A stretch of DNA of 31,029 nt from Candidatus Hydrogenedentota bacterium (GTDB lineage Bacteria; Hydrogenedentota; Hydrogenedentia; Hydrogenedentales; SLHB01): NCBI GenBank assembly GCA_029974275.1, contig JARKSN010000254.1, positions 1 to 31,029 on the forward strand, given 5' to 3'. Positions 20,455-31,023 of this stretch are shown here, one piece after another. Position 1 is the stretch's first letter, and each line of letters starts with the position of its first letter. Position numbers and translations under genes: made by a program. A model generated the notes under the pieces. The model made no database searches. It was given only the letters and a program-made list of their open reading frames with translations, and was not told the origin of the DNA.

Positions 20455-20484
20455 TTGCATTTGGGGCACGGGAGTTGCTATAAT
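20455..20484 (+). promoter_or_regulatory. sigma70 promoter of groESL
   Basis: TTGCAT-18 nt-TATAAT with extended -10 TG, directly upstream of the CIRCE. Confidence 0.7.
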
Positions 20485-20506
20485 GGAAAAGCGTTGGCTC
20501 TATGTG

Positions 20507-20533
20507 TTAGCGCTTTTCATGCGAAAGTGCTAA
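20507..20533. promoter_or_regulatory. CIRCE element (HrcA operator)
   Basis: TTAGCGCTT-N9-AAGTGCTAA inverted repeat between promoter and groES. Confidence 0.85.
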
Positions 20534-20613
20534 AGTAATGCCGATATGGCAATGTCTGGGCGTAGGGTTTCAGGCAAGGGATGATCCCAAACAGAAGAAA
20601 GGGAGAAAAGACC

Positions 20614-20901
20614 ATGAAGGTGCGTCCTCTGGCAAACAGAATCTTGGTGAAGCGCGAAGAGGCGAGCGAGACGGTTCGCGGCGGGATTATCATCCCGGAG
20701 ACCGCGAAAGAGAAGCCTCAAGAAGGTCGCGTGATCGAAGTCGGTCCGGGCCGCTTGGATGAGAACGGCAAGCGCGTCGCGTTGGAAGTTAAGAAAGGTG
20801 ATCGCATTCTGATGGGCAAGTATGCGGGCACGGAAGTGAAGATCGACGGCGAAGAGCACATCATCATGCGCGAAGACGATGTGTTGGCGGTGATCGAATA
20901 A
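20614..20901 (+). CDS. groES: Co-chaperonin GroES
   Basis: [42 protein letters not shown]; 95 aa. Confidence 0.97.
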   Translation: MKVRPLANRILVKREEASETVRGGIIIPETAKEKPQEGRVIEVGPGRLDENGKRVALEVKKGDRILMGKYAGTEVKIDGEEHIIMREDDVLAVIE

Positions 20902-20929
20902 CGAACGGTTCGGGAAGAGAAGAATTTCA

Positions 20930-22729
<1,800 letters not shown>

Positions 22730-22730
22730 A

Positions 22731-22800
22731 CCGAGATCGCGCGCTACGCGCAGTATCGGCTTTTTCGAGGAGGCCTCCGTGTGATGCGCACGGAGGCCTC
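22731..22800 (+). terminator. Hairpins 3' of groEL (weak terminator plus perfect palindrome)
   Basis: Imperfect stem at 22731-22759 followed by a T run; perfect 12-bp inverted repeat GAGGCCTCCGTG/CACGGAGGCCTC at 22770-22800. Confidence 0.45.
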
Positions 22801-22960
22801 CCGTGTCGAGGGGTTCCGGAAATTTTGTGTTGTAACGACGCGCGCGAGTAAGTGCGCGGGGGAAGGCAATCCTGCTTTCTTCGTTGATCAGTCCCGTAGT
22901 CACTCGCTATAGTCAGGTTGGCGCAGGCCCATGCGCCGCTGGATGTCGTGGGGGTGATGC

Positions 22961-23512
22961 GTGACATTAGCGAATCGAATAACCCTGTTTCGATTGATGC
23001 TGATCCCGGTGTTCATTGTGTTGGCGATGAGTTACACGCGGGAACAGCAGTGGGCGCGTCATGCCGCATTGGCGACGTTTTTGATCGCGGCGATATCCGA
23101 TGGCATCGACGGCTTCGTTGCGCGCGCGTACAACCAGAAGACGAAACTGGGGGCCGTGCTCGATCCGTTGGCCGATAAGCTGCTGCTCAACCTGGCATTC
23201 GTATTTCTAGCGGTGAACAAGGAATTCGCCACGCCCGTCCCATACTGGTTTCCCGTCCTCATTCTCGGGCGCGACGCCATCATTGTCATGGGATCGTATC
23301 TCATCAACGAATATTTTGGCCCGCTTCGCGTTCGACCCCGCCTTTCTGGTAAACTTACCACTGTGCTTCAAATGGCGTCCGTATGCGCCGTTCTGCTGGA
23401 AGTCCACTTCGCTTATCCGCTGCTGCTTGTCACGCTGGCGGTGTCCGTCGTGTCCTTTTTTGATTACGTCTATCAAGGCGTCAAGCAGGTCGGCAGCGAG
23501 GATATGGGATAA
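22961..23512 (+). CDS. CDP-alcohol phosphatidyltransferase (PgsA-like)
   Basis: ANRITLFR and DGIDGFVAR...GAVLDPLADK signature. Confidence 0.88.
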   Translation: MTLANRITLFRLMLIPVFIVLAMSYTREQQWARHAALATFLIAAISDGIDGFVARAYNQKTKLGAVLDPLADKLLLNLAFVFLAVNKEFATPVPYWFPVLILGRDAIIVMGSYLINEYFGPLRVRPRLSGKLTTVLQMASVCAVLLEVHFAYPLLLVTLAVSVVSFFDYVYQGVKQVGSEDMG

Positions 23513-23515
23513 GCA

Positions 23516-24919
23516 ATGGCATCACGAAAGAAATTGCCGCTGGTCGCTATCTGCGGCCGGCCCAACGTCGGCAAGTCGACGCTCTTCAACCGCCTCACCG
23601 GGCGGCAGAGCGCGATTGTCCACAGTCTTGAAGGCATTACCCGCGACCGCGCCTATGGCGTGGCTGAATGGAACGACTACGCCTTCCGTCTTGTGGACAC
23701 CGGCGGCATCGTGCACAACCCGACCGATCCCATCACGCATAAAATGCAAGAACAGGTCCGGGCGGCGTTAAACGAGGCGCGGGTCGTCGTCTTTGTGCTC
23801 GATGGGCAACAAGAGATTACGCGGACGGACGAGGAAATCCGCGATGAATTGTTCAAGCTGGGCAAGCCTGTCGTGCTGGCCGTCAACAAGCTCGACAACG
23901 ATCGTCTCGCAAAGAACCAGACGGATTTTTATGCGCTTGGCCTTGGCGATCCGCACGCCATATCCTCGGGGCACGGTCTGGGCATCGACGACCTCTTCGC
24001 GGCCATTGCCGAGCATCTTCCGGTGCCCGTCCCGCAGGATGAGGAGGAGGAAGCGGATGCGGATGCGGATGCTCCGGACGTTCCGGAGGTCCTGGCCGAG
24101 GAGGCGCTTTCCGAGGGGGGGCCGATCAAGGTCGCGATTATCGGGAAGCCGAACGTTGGCAAATCGTCGTTTATCAACGCGATCCTCAACGAGGAACGCA
24201 CCATCGTAACGGACATCCCCGGAACCACGCGCGACGCCATCGACATCGACTTTCGCTGGAAGGACCGCGAGTACATCCTTATTGATACGGCAGGTCTGCG
24301 CAGAAAGGCCGGCATTAAGGAGCACGTCGAACACTTCAGCGTCGCGCGGACGTTGCGCGCCATTCGCCGCGCCGATGTCTGCCTCGTGATGATCGACGCC
24401 GTCGAAGGGATCAGCGAACAGGACAAGCGCATCGTGGGATATGTGCAGGAGAACGGCAAGGCCATGGTTCTGGCATGGACCAAGTGGGACCTTGTCGAGG
24501 ATAAAGAAGCGCGCTTCAAAAGCCTTGCCGACGAAATCGATTTGAAGGTCCCGTTCCTCAAGTACGTGACGTACTTGACGGTGTCGAACCTGACGCGCCA
24601 GCGCCTGTTCACCGCATTCGACTACATCGACAAAACCGCCGCCGAGGCCCGCAAACGCATCTCGACGCCTGCGCTCAACCGTTTCCTGCAAGACCTGCGC
24701 GGACAAGGCGCGGGCTCGCATCGCAAGGGCGTAGAGGCCAAGATTCGCTACGGCACGCAGGTGGGCGTCAATCCGACGACGTTCATTCTATTCGTTAATT
24801 CGAAAAAACTGTTCCACTTCAGCCACATGCGCTTCATCGAGAACCGGCTTCGCGAGAAATTCGGGTTCCAAGGCGTGCCCGTGACCATCGAGTTGCGTGA
24901 AGGAGAGCCGAGGAAGTGA
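23516..24919 (+). CDS. der: Ribosome biogenesis GTPase Der (EngA)
   Basis: Two GTPase domains (GRPNVGKS/DTGG/NKLD and GKPNVGKS/DTAG/TKWD), acidic linker, KH-like tail. Confidence 0.97.
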   Translation: MASRKKLPLVAICGRPNVGKSTLFNRLTGRQSAIVHSLEGITRDRAYGVAEWNDYAFRLVDTGGIVHNPTDPITHKMQEQVRAALNEARVVVFVLDGQQEITRTDEEIRDELFKLGKPVVLAVNKLDNDRLAKNQTDFYALGLGDPHAISSGHGLGIDDLFAAIAEHLPVPVPQDEEEEADADADAPDVPEVLAEEALSEGGPIKVAIIGKPNVGKSSFINAILNEERTIVTDIPGTTRDAIDIDFRWKDREYILIDTAGLRRKAGIKEHVEHFSVARTLRAIRRADVCLVMIDAVEGISEQDKRIVGYVQENGKAMVLAWTKWDLVEDKEARFKSLADEIDLKVPFLKYVTYLTVSNLTRQRLFTAFDYIDKTAAEARKRISTPALNRFLQDLRGQGAGSHRKGVEAKIRYGTQVGVNPTTFILFVNSKKLFHFSHMRFIENRLREKFGFQGVPVTIELREGEPRK

Positions 24920-25533
24920 GCGCCGCAGTTTTGGCCGTTGCGCTGGCGTATCTCGTGGGCAGCGTCCCGACGGGACTGTGGCTGGGGCTTGCGCTGCGCG
25001 GCGTCGACATCCGCGAGCACGGCAGCCACAACATCGGCGCGACCAACACCCTGCGCGTTCTCGGCAAAACGATCGGCGCCTTCGCGCTCGCGGGCGATGC
25101 AGGAAAAGGCATCGTCGCCGTTCTGCTGATCTCGCGACTGAGCGCATGGCCGTATGCGCCGCTTGCGTGCGGCATCGCGGCGATTGGGGGACATCTCGCC
25201 CCTGCGTATCTGCGTTTCAAGGGCGGCAAAGGCGTGGCGACCAGCGCGGGCGTGTTCTTGTCGCTGGCTCCCATTCCAACCTTGCTGGCGTTGGCGGCAT
25301 TTCTGCTTACCCTCAAGACCACGCGCATGGTAAGCGCCTCTTCCGTGGCGGCGGCGGCGGCCTTGGCCGTATCCGTATGCCTTATGTCGCTCGAGCAAGC
25401 GACCATGCCGCTGTATTTGATGCCCGACCTTTTCCTGCTGCGCGTCGCCACGCTGCACGTTGCGGGCCTGGTTGTATGGCGGCACCGGAGCAACATCCGG
25501 CGCATCCTCAACGGAACCGAAAACAGGTTCTGA
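24916..25533 (+). CDS. plsY: Glycerol-3-phosphate acyltransferase PlsY
   Basis: YLVGSVP, DIREHGSHNIGATNTLR, FKGGKGVAT, HRSNIRRI; GTGA overlap with der. Confidence 0.95.
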   Translation: MSAAVLAVALAYLVGSVPTGLWLGLALRGVDIREHGSHNIGATNTLRVLGKTIGAFALAGDAGKGIVAVLLISRLSAWPYAPLACGIAAIGGHLAPAYLRFKGGKGVATSAGVFLSLAPIPTLLALAAFLLTLKTTRMVSASSVAAAAALAVSVCLMSLEQATMPLYLMPDLFLLRVATLHVAGLVVWRHRSNIRRILNGTENRF

Positions 25534-25563
25534 TACAGTCGCCGAGACGAGGAGGATAGTCCT

Positions 25564-25923
25564 ATGGAATTCACCTACGATCTGCTGAAAGCAGCGCTTC
25601 GTGAAGTCATCGATGAGGAACTGAGCCTCCGGCGGCCGCCCGCGATGGCGCGCAAGTGGGAGGGAGGCGCCCTCGTGCTGCAACCCGCCGACAAGTCCCT
25701 GCAGCCCAAGGAAATTCCCCTCGAGACGTTTTTCAAGAAAATCATCTCCGTTCGCGAAAAACTGCGCGTGCTCGAACAAAAGATCAATAATCACGCGGCG
25801 CTTACGCTCGAAGACAAGCTCGAAATGCAGCAACTCATTTCGCGCGCCTATGGGTCGCTGACTACGTTCAATGCGCTGTTCCGCGACGAAGAGGAGTTCT
25901 TTGTGGGGAGCAAAGGCGGTTGA
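25564..25923 (+). CDS. Hypothetical protein (119 aa)
   Basis: GAGGAGG RBS; tightly packed between plsY and the MFS gene; protein-like sequence LRVLEQKIN...YGSLTTFNALF. Confidence 0.8.
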   Translation: MEFTYDLLKAALREVIDEELSLRRPPAMARKWEGGALVLQPADKSLQPKEIPLETFFKKIISVREKLRVLEQKINNHAALTLEDKLEMQQLISRAYGSLTTFNALFRDEEEFFVGSKGG

Positions 25924-25924
25924 T

Positions 25925-27319
25925 ATGGACTCCGCCCGGGAACGGACACGGGGCCATGTCCTGTTCGTGGCCACGCTGGCCGCTTTTTTGACGCCATTCA
26001 CGGGCAGTTCGGTAAACGTCGCCATTCCAGCCATTGGCCGCGAACTGGGGCTGCACGCCACGGCCTTGAGTTGGGTCGTCACGGCGTACATCCTGGCCGC
26101 TTCGGCGCTGTTGCTTCCCTTTGGCCGCATGGCCGACCTGTATGGACGCCGCAAGATTTTCATGGCCGGCATCGCTATCTTCACGCTCTCATCCCTGTTG
26201 TCCGCACTGACGGCTTCGGCCTCAGTCCTTATCTGCGGGCGCGCGCTGCAGGGGGTTGGATCGGCAATGATTTTCTCGACCGGCCTTGCGATCCTGACCG
26301 GCGTTTACGAGGCAGGCGAGCGAGGACGCGTGGTGGGCATCAATACGGCGGCGGTGTACGCCGGCCTTTCGTTCGGGCCGGCGGTTGGCGGCGCCTTGAC
26401 GCATTATGCGAGCTGGAGGTCCATTTTTTGGCTCAACGCTGCACTGGGGATCGTGGCCCTGATGGCGACGTTGCGGCTGCGCGGCGAATGGCGCGACAAC
26501 GCAGGGCAGCGGTTCGATCTTGCCGGCGCCCTGCTGTATACGCCCGGAACCGCCGCCCTGATGTACGGCATAGCGTCCGCCAAAACGGCGTCCTACGCGG
26601 CGTGGATTGTCATGATCGGCGTTGCGCTGCTTGCCGCATTCATTTGGCGCGAGCGCAAGGCCCGCGATCCGTTGCTTGAATTTCGTCTTTTCCGCAACGG
26701 CGTCTTCACGTTTTCCAGCCTCGCCGCGCTCATCCATTACTGCGCGACGTTCGCCATCGGCTATCTGCTGTCGCTATACCTGCAAGAACTCAAGGGCCTC
26801 GACCCGCGCCAGGCAGGTCTCGTCCTTTTGAGCCAGCCCGCGCTCATGACGTTTGTTACGCTCATCGCCGGACGTCTGTCCGATCGCTACGAACCGCGCA
26901 TTCTTGCGTCAGCGGGCATGGGCCTTACATTTTTGGGCATCGCACTGCTCATGCCCGTTGACGCGTCAACGTCCGTGACGTACATTTCAGTTTGTCTCAT
27001 CGTTCTAGGAATCGGTTTTGGCCTATTTTCGTCGCCCAACACGAACGCCATCATGAGTTCCGTTCCCAAACCGCATTACGGCGTCGCCTCGGCCGCGCTG
27101 AGTTCCATGCGCCTGCTCGGCCAAGCGCTGAGCATGTCGCTGGTCACCTTCATGTTTGCGCGCCATCTCGAGGGACGCCCCGCCACTGCCGCGCACGCTC
27201 CCGAACTGCTGCAAGGCATGCACGCGTCGCTCCAATGCTTTGCGCCCCTATGCCTCCTGGCCGTCCTCGCCTCGTTGTTCCGCGGCAGACTGCATTCGAA
27301 GCGATCAGCACCCTCCTAA
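25925..27319 (+). CDS. MFS transporter, DHA2 (EmrB/QacA-like)
   Basis: GRMADLYGRRK motif A, GRALQGVG, GPAVGGAL, WRSIFWLN; about 14 TM segments. Confidence 0.92.
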   Translation: MDSARERTRGHVLFVATLAAFLTPFTGSSVNVAIPAIGRELGLHATALSWVVTAYILAASALLLPFGRMADLYGRRKIFMAGIAIFTLSSLLSALTASASVLICGRALQGVGSAMIFSTGLAILTGVYEAGERGRVVGINTAAVYAGLSFGPAVGGALTHYASWRSIFWLNAALGIVALMATLRLRGEWRDNAGQRFDLAGALLYTPGTAALMYGIASAKTASYAAWIVMIGVALLAAFIWRERKARDPLLEFRLFRNGVFTFSSLAALIHYCATFAIGYLLSLYLQELKGLDPRQAGLVLLSQPALMTFVTLIAGRLSDRYEPRILASAGMGLTFLGIALLMPVDASTSVTYISVCLIVLGIGFGLFSSPNTNAIMSSVPKPHYGVASAALSSMRLLGQALSMSLVTFMFARHLEGRPATAAHAPELLQGMHASLQCFAPLCLLAVLASLFRGRLHSKRSAPS

Positions 27320-27345
27320 CAGGCGTCCGACGCGCGCGGCGCACG

Positions 27346-28944
27346 CTACATGGCATACGCCTTGAGCAAGATCAGCACGAATATCGAAGTCACCGCCGTC
27401 AACAAGATCGAAAAAACGAAGGCAACCCGGATCACCTTGGTTTCCTCGCCGATTTTGTCGATCGAAGCGGCCGCATTCTGGAGCTTGGCTGGCGAGATTA
27501 CGCTGGCCAATCCGCCGCCAAAAGCCAAGCCTGCGGTGACGATCAGCAGTCCCTCAAGAGACAGGTTCAGGTTTTTCGCCGTCGTCATCGTGTATTTGGC
27601 GAACATGGCGATGGTGGACGCCTCGCTGCCCGTGACGAATCCGCCGAAAAGGCCAATGAAGGCCACTACGCCGCCATAGGCATGCTGAAAGAAATCCGCC
27701 GAATAATCCGCCAAGACTTTTACCATGCTAGGGGCGACGAAGGAGTTTGAAGCCATGTCGTAGCCGGACATGTTCATGATTTCCCCGATGGCGAAAAAGA
27801 TTGCCGCGGAAAAAACCGGACGGGGCGCGCGCTTGATCCAGACGCGCGCCGTTTCGCCAATCTGCTCGGCGGTGGGGCGGATAAACGCCATGGACAACAA
27901 GGTGCTCACGAATATCCAGGTGTAGGCCTGCCACAACGCACGCGTGTCCAACGGCCTGCCGTCGGCCGTCAACCCCAAGATGGGCATCTTCAACGTCCGA
28001 TACAGGTAGTCGAATACCGTTTGGGGCATGTTCAAGGCAAGAATAAGCGCGACCAGGATCAGCCACGGCGAAAGCGCTTTCCACAGCGGATAGGCCTTTT
28101 CATAGGCCCGCTCCTCCGGCGTCAACGCGCTTCTATCGATAATCTTTTTCCCGGTGGCCGCAAGATACGCCGCCATGGCGATGATGACGGCGAGGCCGCA
28201 TAAAATGCCCGTAAGCACCACGAAGTTGTCGTGGCGATTGGTGAAGTAGGCGACCACGCCGATGACCGCGCCGGAAATCAGACAAGGCGCCCAACCCTCG
28301 CGAACGGCTTTCCACTTGCCGACGATCCATAGCATGCAAAAGCCGATCAGCGTCGAAACCACCGGCAAGAACATGAAGAAGATCATTCCCGCCTGATGAA
28401 GACTTATCTCATTGCCCTTTCCCAAAAAATTGTTCGCGATATCCACGAACACGACGATCGGAGCCCCCAACAGCGCGTACGTGCAGAGCGCATCGTAGCC
28501 GATGGCGGGAAGGGCGATGGCGACATACGTGGAGTAGCCCATCGCGATAAGGAGCGGCGGCAAAATCGAGACCGGCGTGGCCCCGACAGCGACCATCAAG
28601 GTGCCAAAACCGATGTTGATCATCATGATCTGCACGGCCCGATTTTCACTAGCGATGGTCTTGATGAAGATGATGATGCGCTTCAGCGCGCCGGTTTTCT
28701 CCATGAACGCCATTTGCAGCAACGAGGCCGCCACGATAAGCGCCACGGGAAACGAACGAATGATGCCGGCCCCTGTCGAACGCGCGACGACTTCGACGGA
28801 AGTCTTGAAAAACAGACACGCCACCGCCCCAATCACAAGCCATCCTGCAATGCCGCTGATATCGGCGGGTTTTTTGAAGACAAGGAGCATCGCCAAAATG
28901 ACGGCAATGGGGGACAAGGTCAACAAGAGCATCCATAGAGACAT
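27346..28944 (-). CDS. L-lactate permease family transporter
   Basis: FMEKTGAL, GGFVTGSEAS and SVISPAKLQNAAA motifs; hydrophobic, 532 aa; AAGGAGG RBS before ATG 28944. Confidence 0.8.
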   Translation of the reverse strand: MSLWMLLLTLSPIAVILAMLLVFKKPADISGIAGWLVIGAVACLFFKTSVEVVARSTGAGIIRSFPVALIVAASLLQMAFMEKTGALKRIIIFIKTIASENRAVQIMMINIGFGTLMVAVGATPVSILPPLLIAMGYSTYVAIALPAIGYDALCTYALLGAPIVVFVDIANNFLGKGNEISLHQAGMIFFMFLPVVSTLIGFCMLWIVGKWKAVREGWAPCLISGAVIGVVAYFTNRHDNFVVLTGILCGLAVIIAMAAYLAATGKKIIDRSALTPEERAYEKAYPLWKALSPWLILVALILALNMPQTVFDYLYRTLKMPILGLTADGRPLDTRALWQAYTWIFVSTLLSMAFIRPTAEQIGETARVWIKRAPRPVFSAAIFFAIGEIMNMSGYDMASNSFVAPSMVKVLADYSADFFQHAYGGVVAFIGLFGGFVTGSEASTIAMFAKYTMTTAKNLNLSLEGLLIVTAGLAFGGGLASVISPAKLQNAAASIDKIGEETKVIRVAFVFSILLTAVTSIFVLILLKAYAM

Positions 28945-29213
28945 ACTTCCTCCTTCCGCCATTCCCCGAGGAATGGACACTGGGCTCCGGCACATGCGCA
29001 CACTTCTCTGCCGCAAGGACAAGCTGGTTTTTTGACGCGCGAGACAAGATGCCGCGTAACCCGATGCATCTCCACCCGCATAGCGCGTCTCGAGCATCCA
29101 GACACGAGAGACGTTTCCCAGACGCATCGAAATCTACGCTGAAAATCGTCCCCTCGACAGCGTTGCGGCGCCGCTGTCGTGCGCGGCATAGTACCTCAAA
29201 TCTCGAGACGGAA

Positions 29214-29399
29214 TCACCTGCCCGCGAAATCGCGCAATGCTTCCACCGCCGCCTTGAAGTCTTCAGGCAGGGGCGTGGTGAAGCGGAGGCGTTCGCCGGT
29301 GACGGGATGTTCGAAGCCGAGGTGTTCGGCGTGGAGAGCTTGGCCGTTCAGTTGTTCGAGCGCTTGCCGGACGTCGGGCGGAACTTGCCAGCCGGAGAA
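29214..29399 (-). pseudogene. Displaced duplicate of the rluD 3' end (61 codons plus stop)
   Basis: 29220-29399 matches 30070-30249 at 165/180 nt by hand count; reads FSGWQVPPDVRQALEQLNGQALHAEHLGFEHPVTGERLRFTTPLPEDFKAAVEALRDFAGR*. Confidence 0.93.
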
Positions 29400-29529
29400 G
29401 CAGCTTCTTTTAGCACTTTCGCAACGCGCCTAAGGGTGTCAAAAATTGACACGTTTGGTCTCCTGTCCGCGCGTCCAACCAGCGGAAATGGTTCCGGAAA
29501 AGGGCTACAGGTCTGACCTCGCGGCAAGG

Positions 29530-29736
29530 CTACGCTACGCTCTTGTCCATCTGCACATAGGATATCTCCGCGAGATTTGCTTTATCTTTTGCGTGCTCAA
29601 CCGTCATGCTGACAAGGTTTCCAGCGCCGTCGAGATCAATGTAGAGGTTCTCGGATATTTCCTTGGTTTCGACGATTGGCTCATTAGAAAACTCGATATG
29701 CGCCGTGTCGGTGTCGGTGAAGTAGCGTATTTTCAT
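29530..29736 (-). CDS. DUF2283 protein, putative antitoxin (68 aa)
   Basis: MKIRYFTDTDTAHIEF...IDLDGAGNLVSMTVEHA pattern typical of DUF2283; acidic; ATGA overlap with upstream gene. Confidence 0.85.
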   Translation of the reverse strand: MKIRYFTDTDTAHIEFSNEPIVETKEISENLYIDLDGAGNLVSMTVEHAKDKANLAEISYVQMDKSVA

Positions 29737-29975
29737 CGTTGCTGCTCCTTGAAATTTCTGTCGAAGAATGCGTTGTGAACGGTTTCGCCGTCGTCCAGAA
29801 GAATGACTCTCAAGTGCTTCCCGATTTCCTCGATGTATCTCCACCTTCGTATTCGTCCGTCGGACTGCACCGCTTCCTGGATAGGATTGTCGATGGTCTG
29901 ACATATCCATTCATCTTTGATAGCGGCCCGGTCGGGGCGGTTTTTAGTGAAAAGAAAGTACTCCGTAGATTTCAT
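29733..29975 (-). CDS. Putative RelE/BrnT-like (DUF4258-like) toxin (80 aa)
   Basis: IKDEWICQTIDNP..QSDGRIRRW..LRVILLDDGETVHNAFFDRNF; coupled to DUF2283; GGAGAG upstream. Confidence 0.7.
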   Translation of the reverse strand: MKSTEYFLFTKNRPDRAAIKDEWICQTIDNPIQEAVQSDGRIRRWRYIEEIGKHLRVILLDDGETVHNAFFDRNFKEQQR

Positions 29976-30019
29976 CCCGGCCACTCTCTCCAGTTTCTCG
30001 GTCACTCTCCGTTCGCCCA

Positions 30020-30028
30020 AGTATAGCA
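30020..30028 (-). promoter_or_regulatory. Extended -10 promoter for the TA pair
   Basis: TGcTATACT on the minus strand about 45 nt upstream of the toxin ATG. Confidence 0.55.
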
Positions 30029-30057
30029 CAGCGTGGACGAGGGGGAGCGCCTGGTCT

Positions 30058-31023
30058 TTACGCCTTTTCGCCCGCGAAATCGCGCAATGCTTCCACCGCC
30101 GCCTTGAAGTCTTCGGGCAGGGGCGTGGTGAAGCGGAGGCGTTCGCCGGTGGCGGGGTGTTCGAAACCGAGGTGTTCGGCGTGGAGGGCTTGGCCGTTCA
30201 AGTTCTCCAACGCCTCGCGGACGTCGGGCGGAATTTGCCAGCCGGAGAAATCGGTCACGCCGTAGACGGGATCGCCGAGCACGGGGTGGCCGGCGTAACG
30301 GAGGTGAACGCGGATTTGGTGGGTGCGCCCGGTCTCGAGCACGAGGCCCATCACGGACGCGACGCCGAAGCGTTCGAGGGACTCGTAGTGGGTGATAGCC
30401 TCTTTGCCGTGCAGGCCTGTCACGGCCATCTTCTTGCGGTCGGCAAGGCTGCGGCCGACGGTCGCGTTGATGCGGCCGTTGGGTTCCTTGAACACGCCGC
30501 GCACGAGCGCGCGGTAGCGCCGATCGAAGGCGTGGTCGTGGGCCTGTTGCGCGAGCGACAAGAAGGCCCGCAGGGTCTTCGCGACGACCATCACGCCGGA
30601 GGTGTCGCGGTCGAGCCGGTGCACGATGCCGGGGCGTTGTGGGTCTTCCCCCGCCCGTTGGAAATCGCGGCAATGATGGAGCACGGCGTTGATAAGCGTG
30701 CCGCCGGGATGTCCCGGCGCGGGATGCACGACAAGCCCGGACGGCTTGTTCACCACCAACACTTCGGCGTCTTCGAACAACACGTCCAGCGGGATATTCT
30801 CGGGGTCGAGGTCGATGGATGGCGGCGGCGGCAGGTCCGCCTCGACTTGATCGTCCGCCATGACGATACGACTGGGGCGGGTCGCGGGCTGACCATTCAC
30901 CCGCACCCGCCCGTCCTTGATCACCTTCTGCACAAACGACCGCGACGCGTCCTCGATGGCATCCGCCAGAAACACGTCCAGCCGCAGTCCGGCATCTTCT
31001 TCACCCGCGATACATTCAAACAT
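30058..31023 (-). CDS. rluD: RluA-family 23S rRNA pseudouridine synthase with S4 domain
   Basis: RLDVFL S4 domain, VNKPSGLVVHP, catalytic HRLDRDTSG, LETGRTHQIRVH, QALHAEHLGFEHP. Confidence 0.93.
   Translation of the reverse strand: MFECIAGEEDAGLRLDVFLADAIEDASRSFVQKVIKDGRVRVNGQPATRPSRIVMADDQVEADLPPPPSIDLDPENIPLDVLFEDAEVLVVNKPSGLVVHPAPGHPGGTLINAVLHHCRDFQRAGEDPQRPGIVHRLDRDTSGVMVVAKTLRAFLSLAQQAHDHAFDRRYRALVRGVFKEPNGRINATVGRSLADRKKMAVTGLHGKEAITHYESLERFGVASVMGLVLETGRTHQIRVHLRYAGHPVLGDPVYGVTDFSGWQIPPDVREALENLNGQALHAEHLGFEHPATGERLRFTTPLPEDFKAAVEALRDFAGEKA

Larger units (their letters stand above)
29400..30249. mobile_element. 850-bp islet inserted in the rluD 3' end, carrying a putative TA pair
   Basis: Bounded by a 180-bp direct repeat; cargo more AT-rich than flanks; no integrase or transposase present. 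Confidence 0.7.

Noticed and set aside
24035..24075. GAG and GCGGAT microrepeats in der
   Set aside because: They encode the ordinary acidic inter-domain linker in frame
29409..29423. 15-nt reverse-complement match to 20520-20534, which includes a CIRCE half-site
   Set aside because: No second half-site at N9 spacing; about one 15-mer match is expected by chance in 31 kb
29400..29529. Integron attC site after the TA pair
   Set aside because: No properly oriented RYYYAAC...GTTRRRY pair with a long imperfect stem
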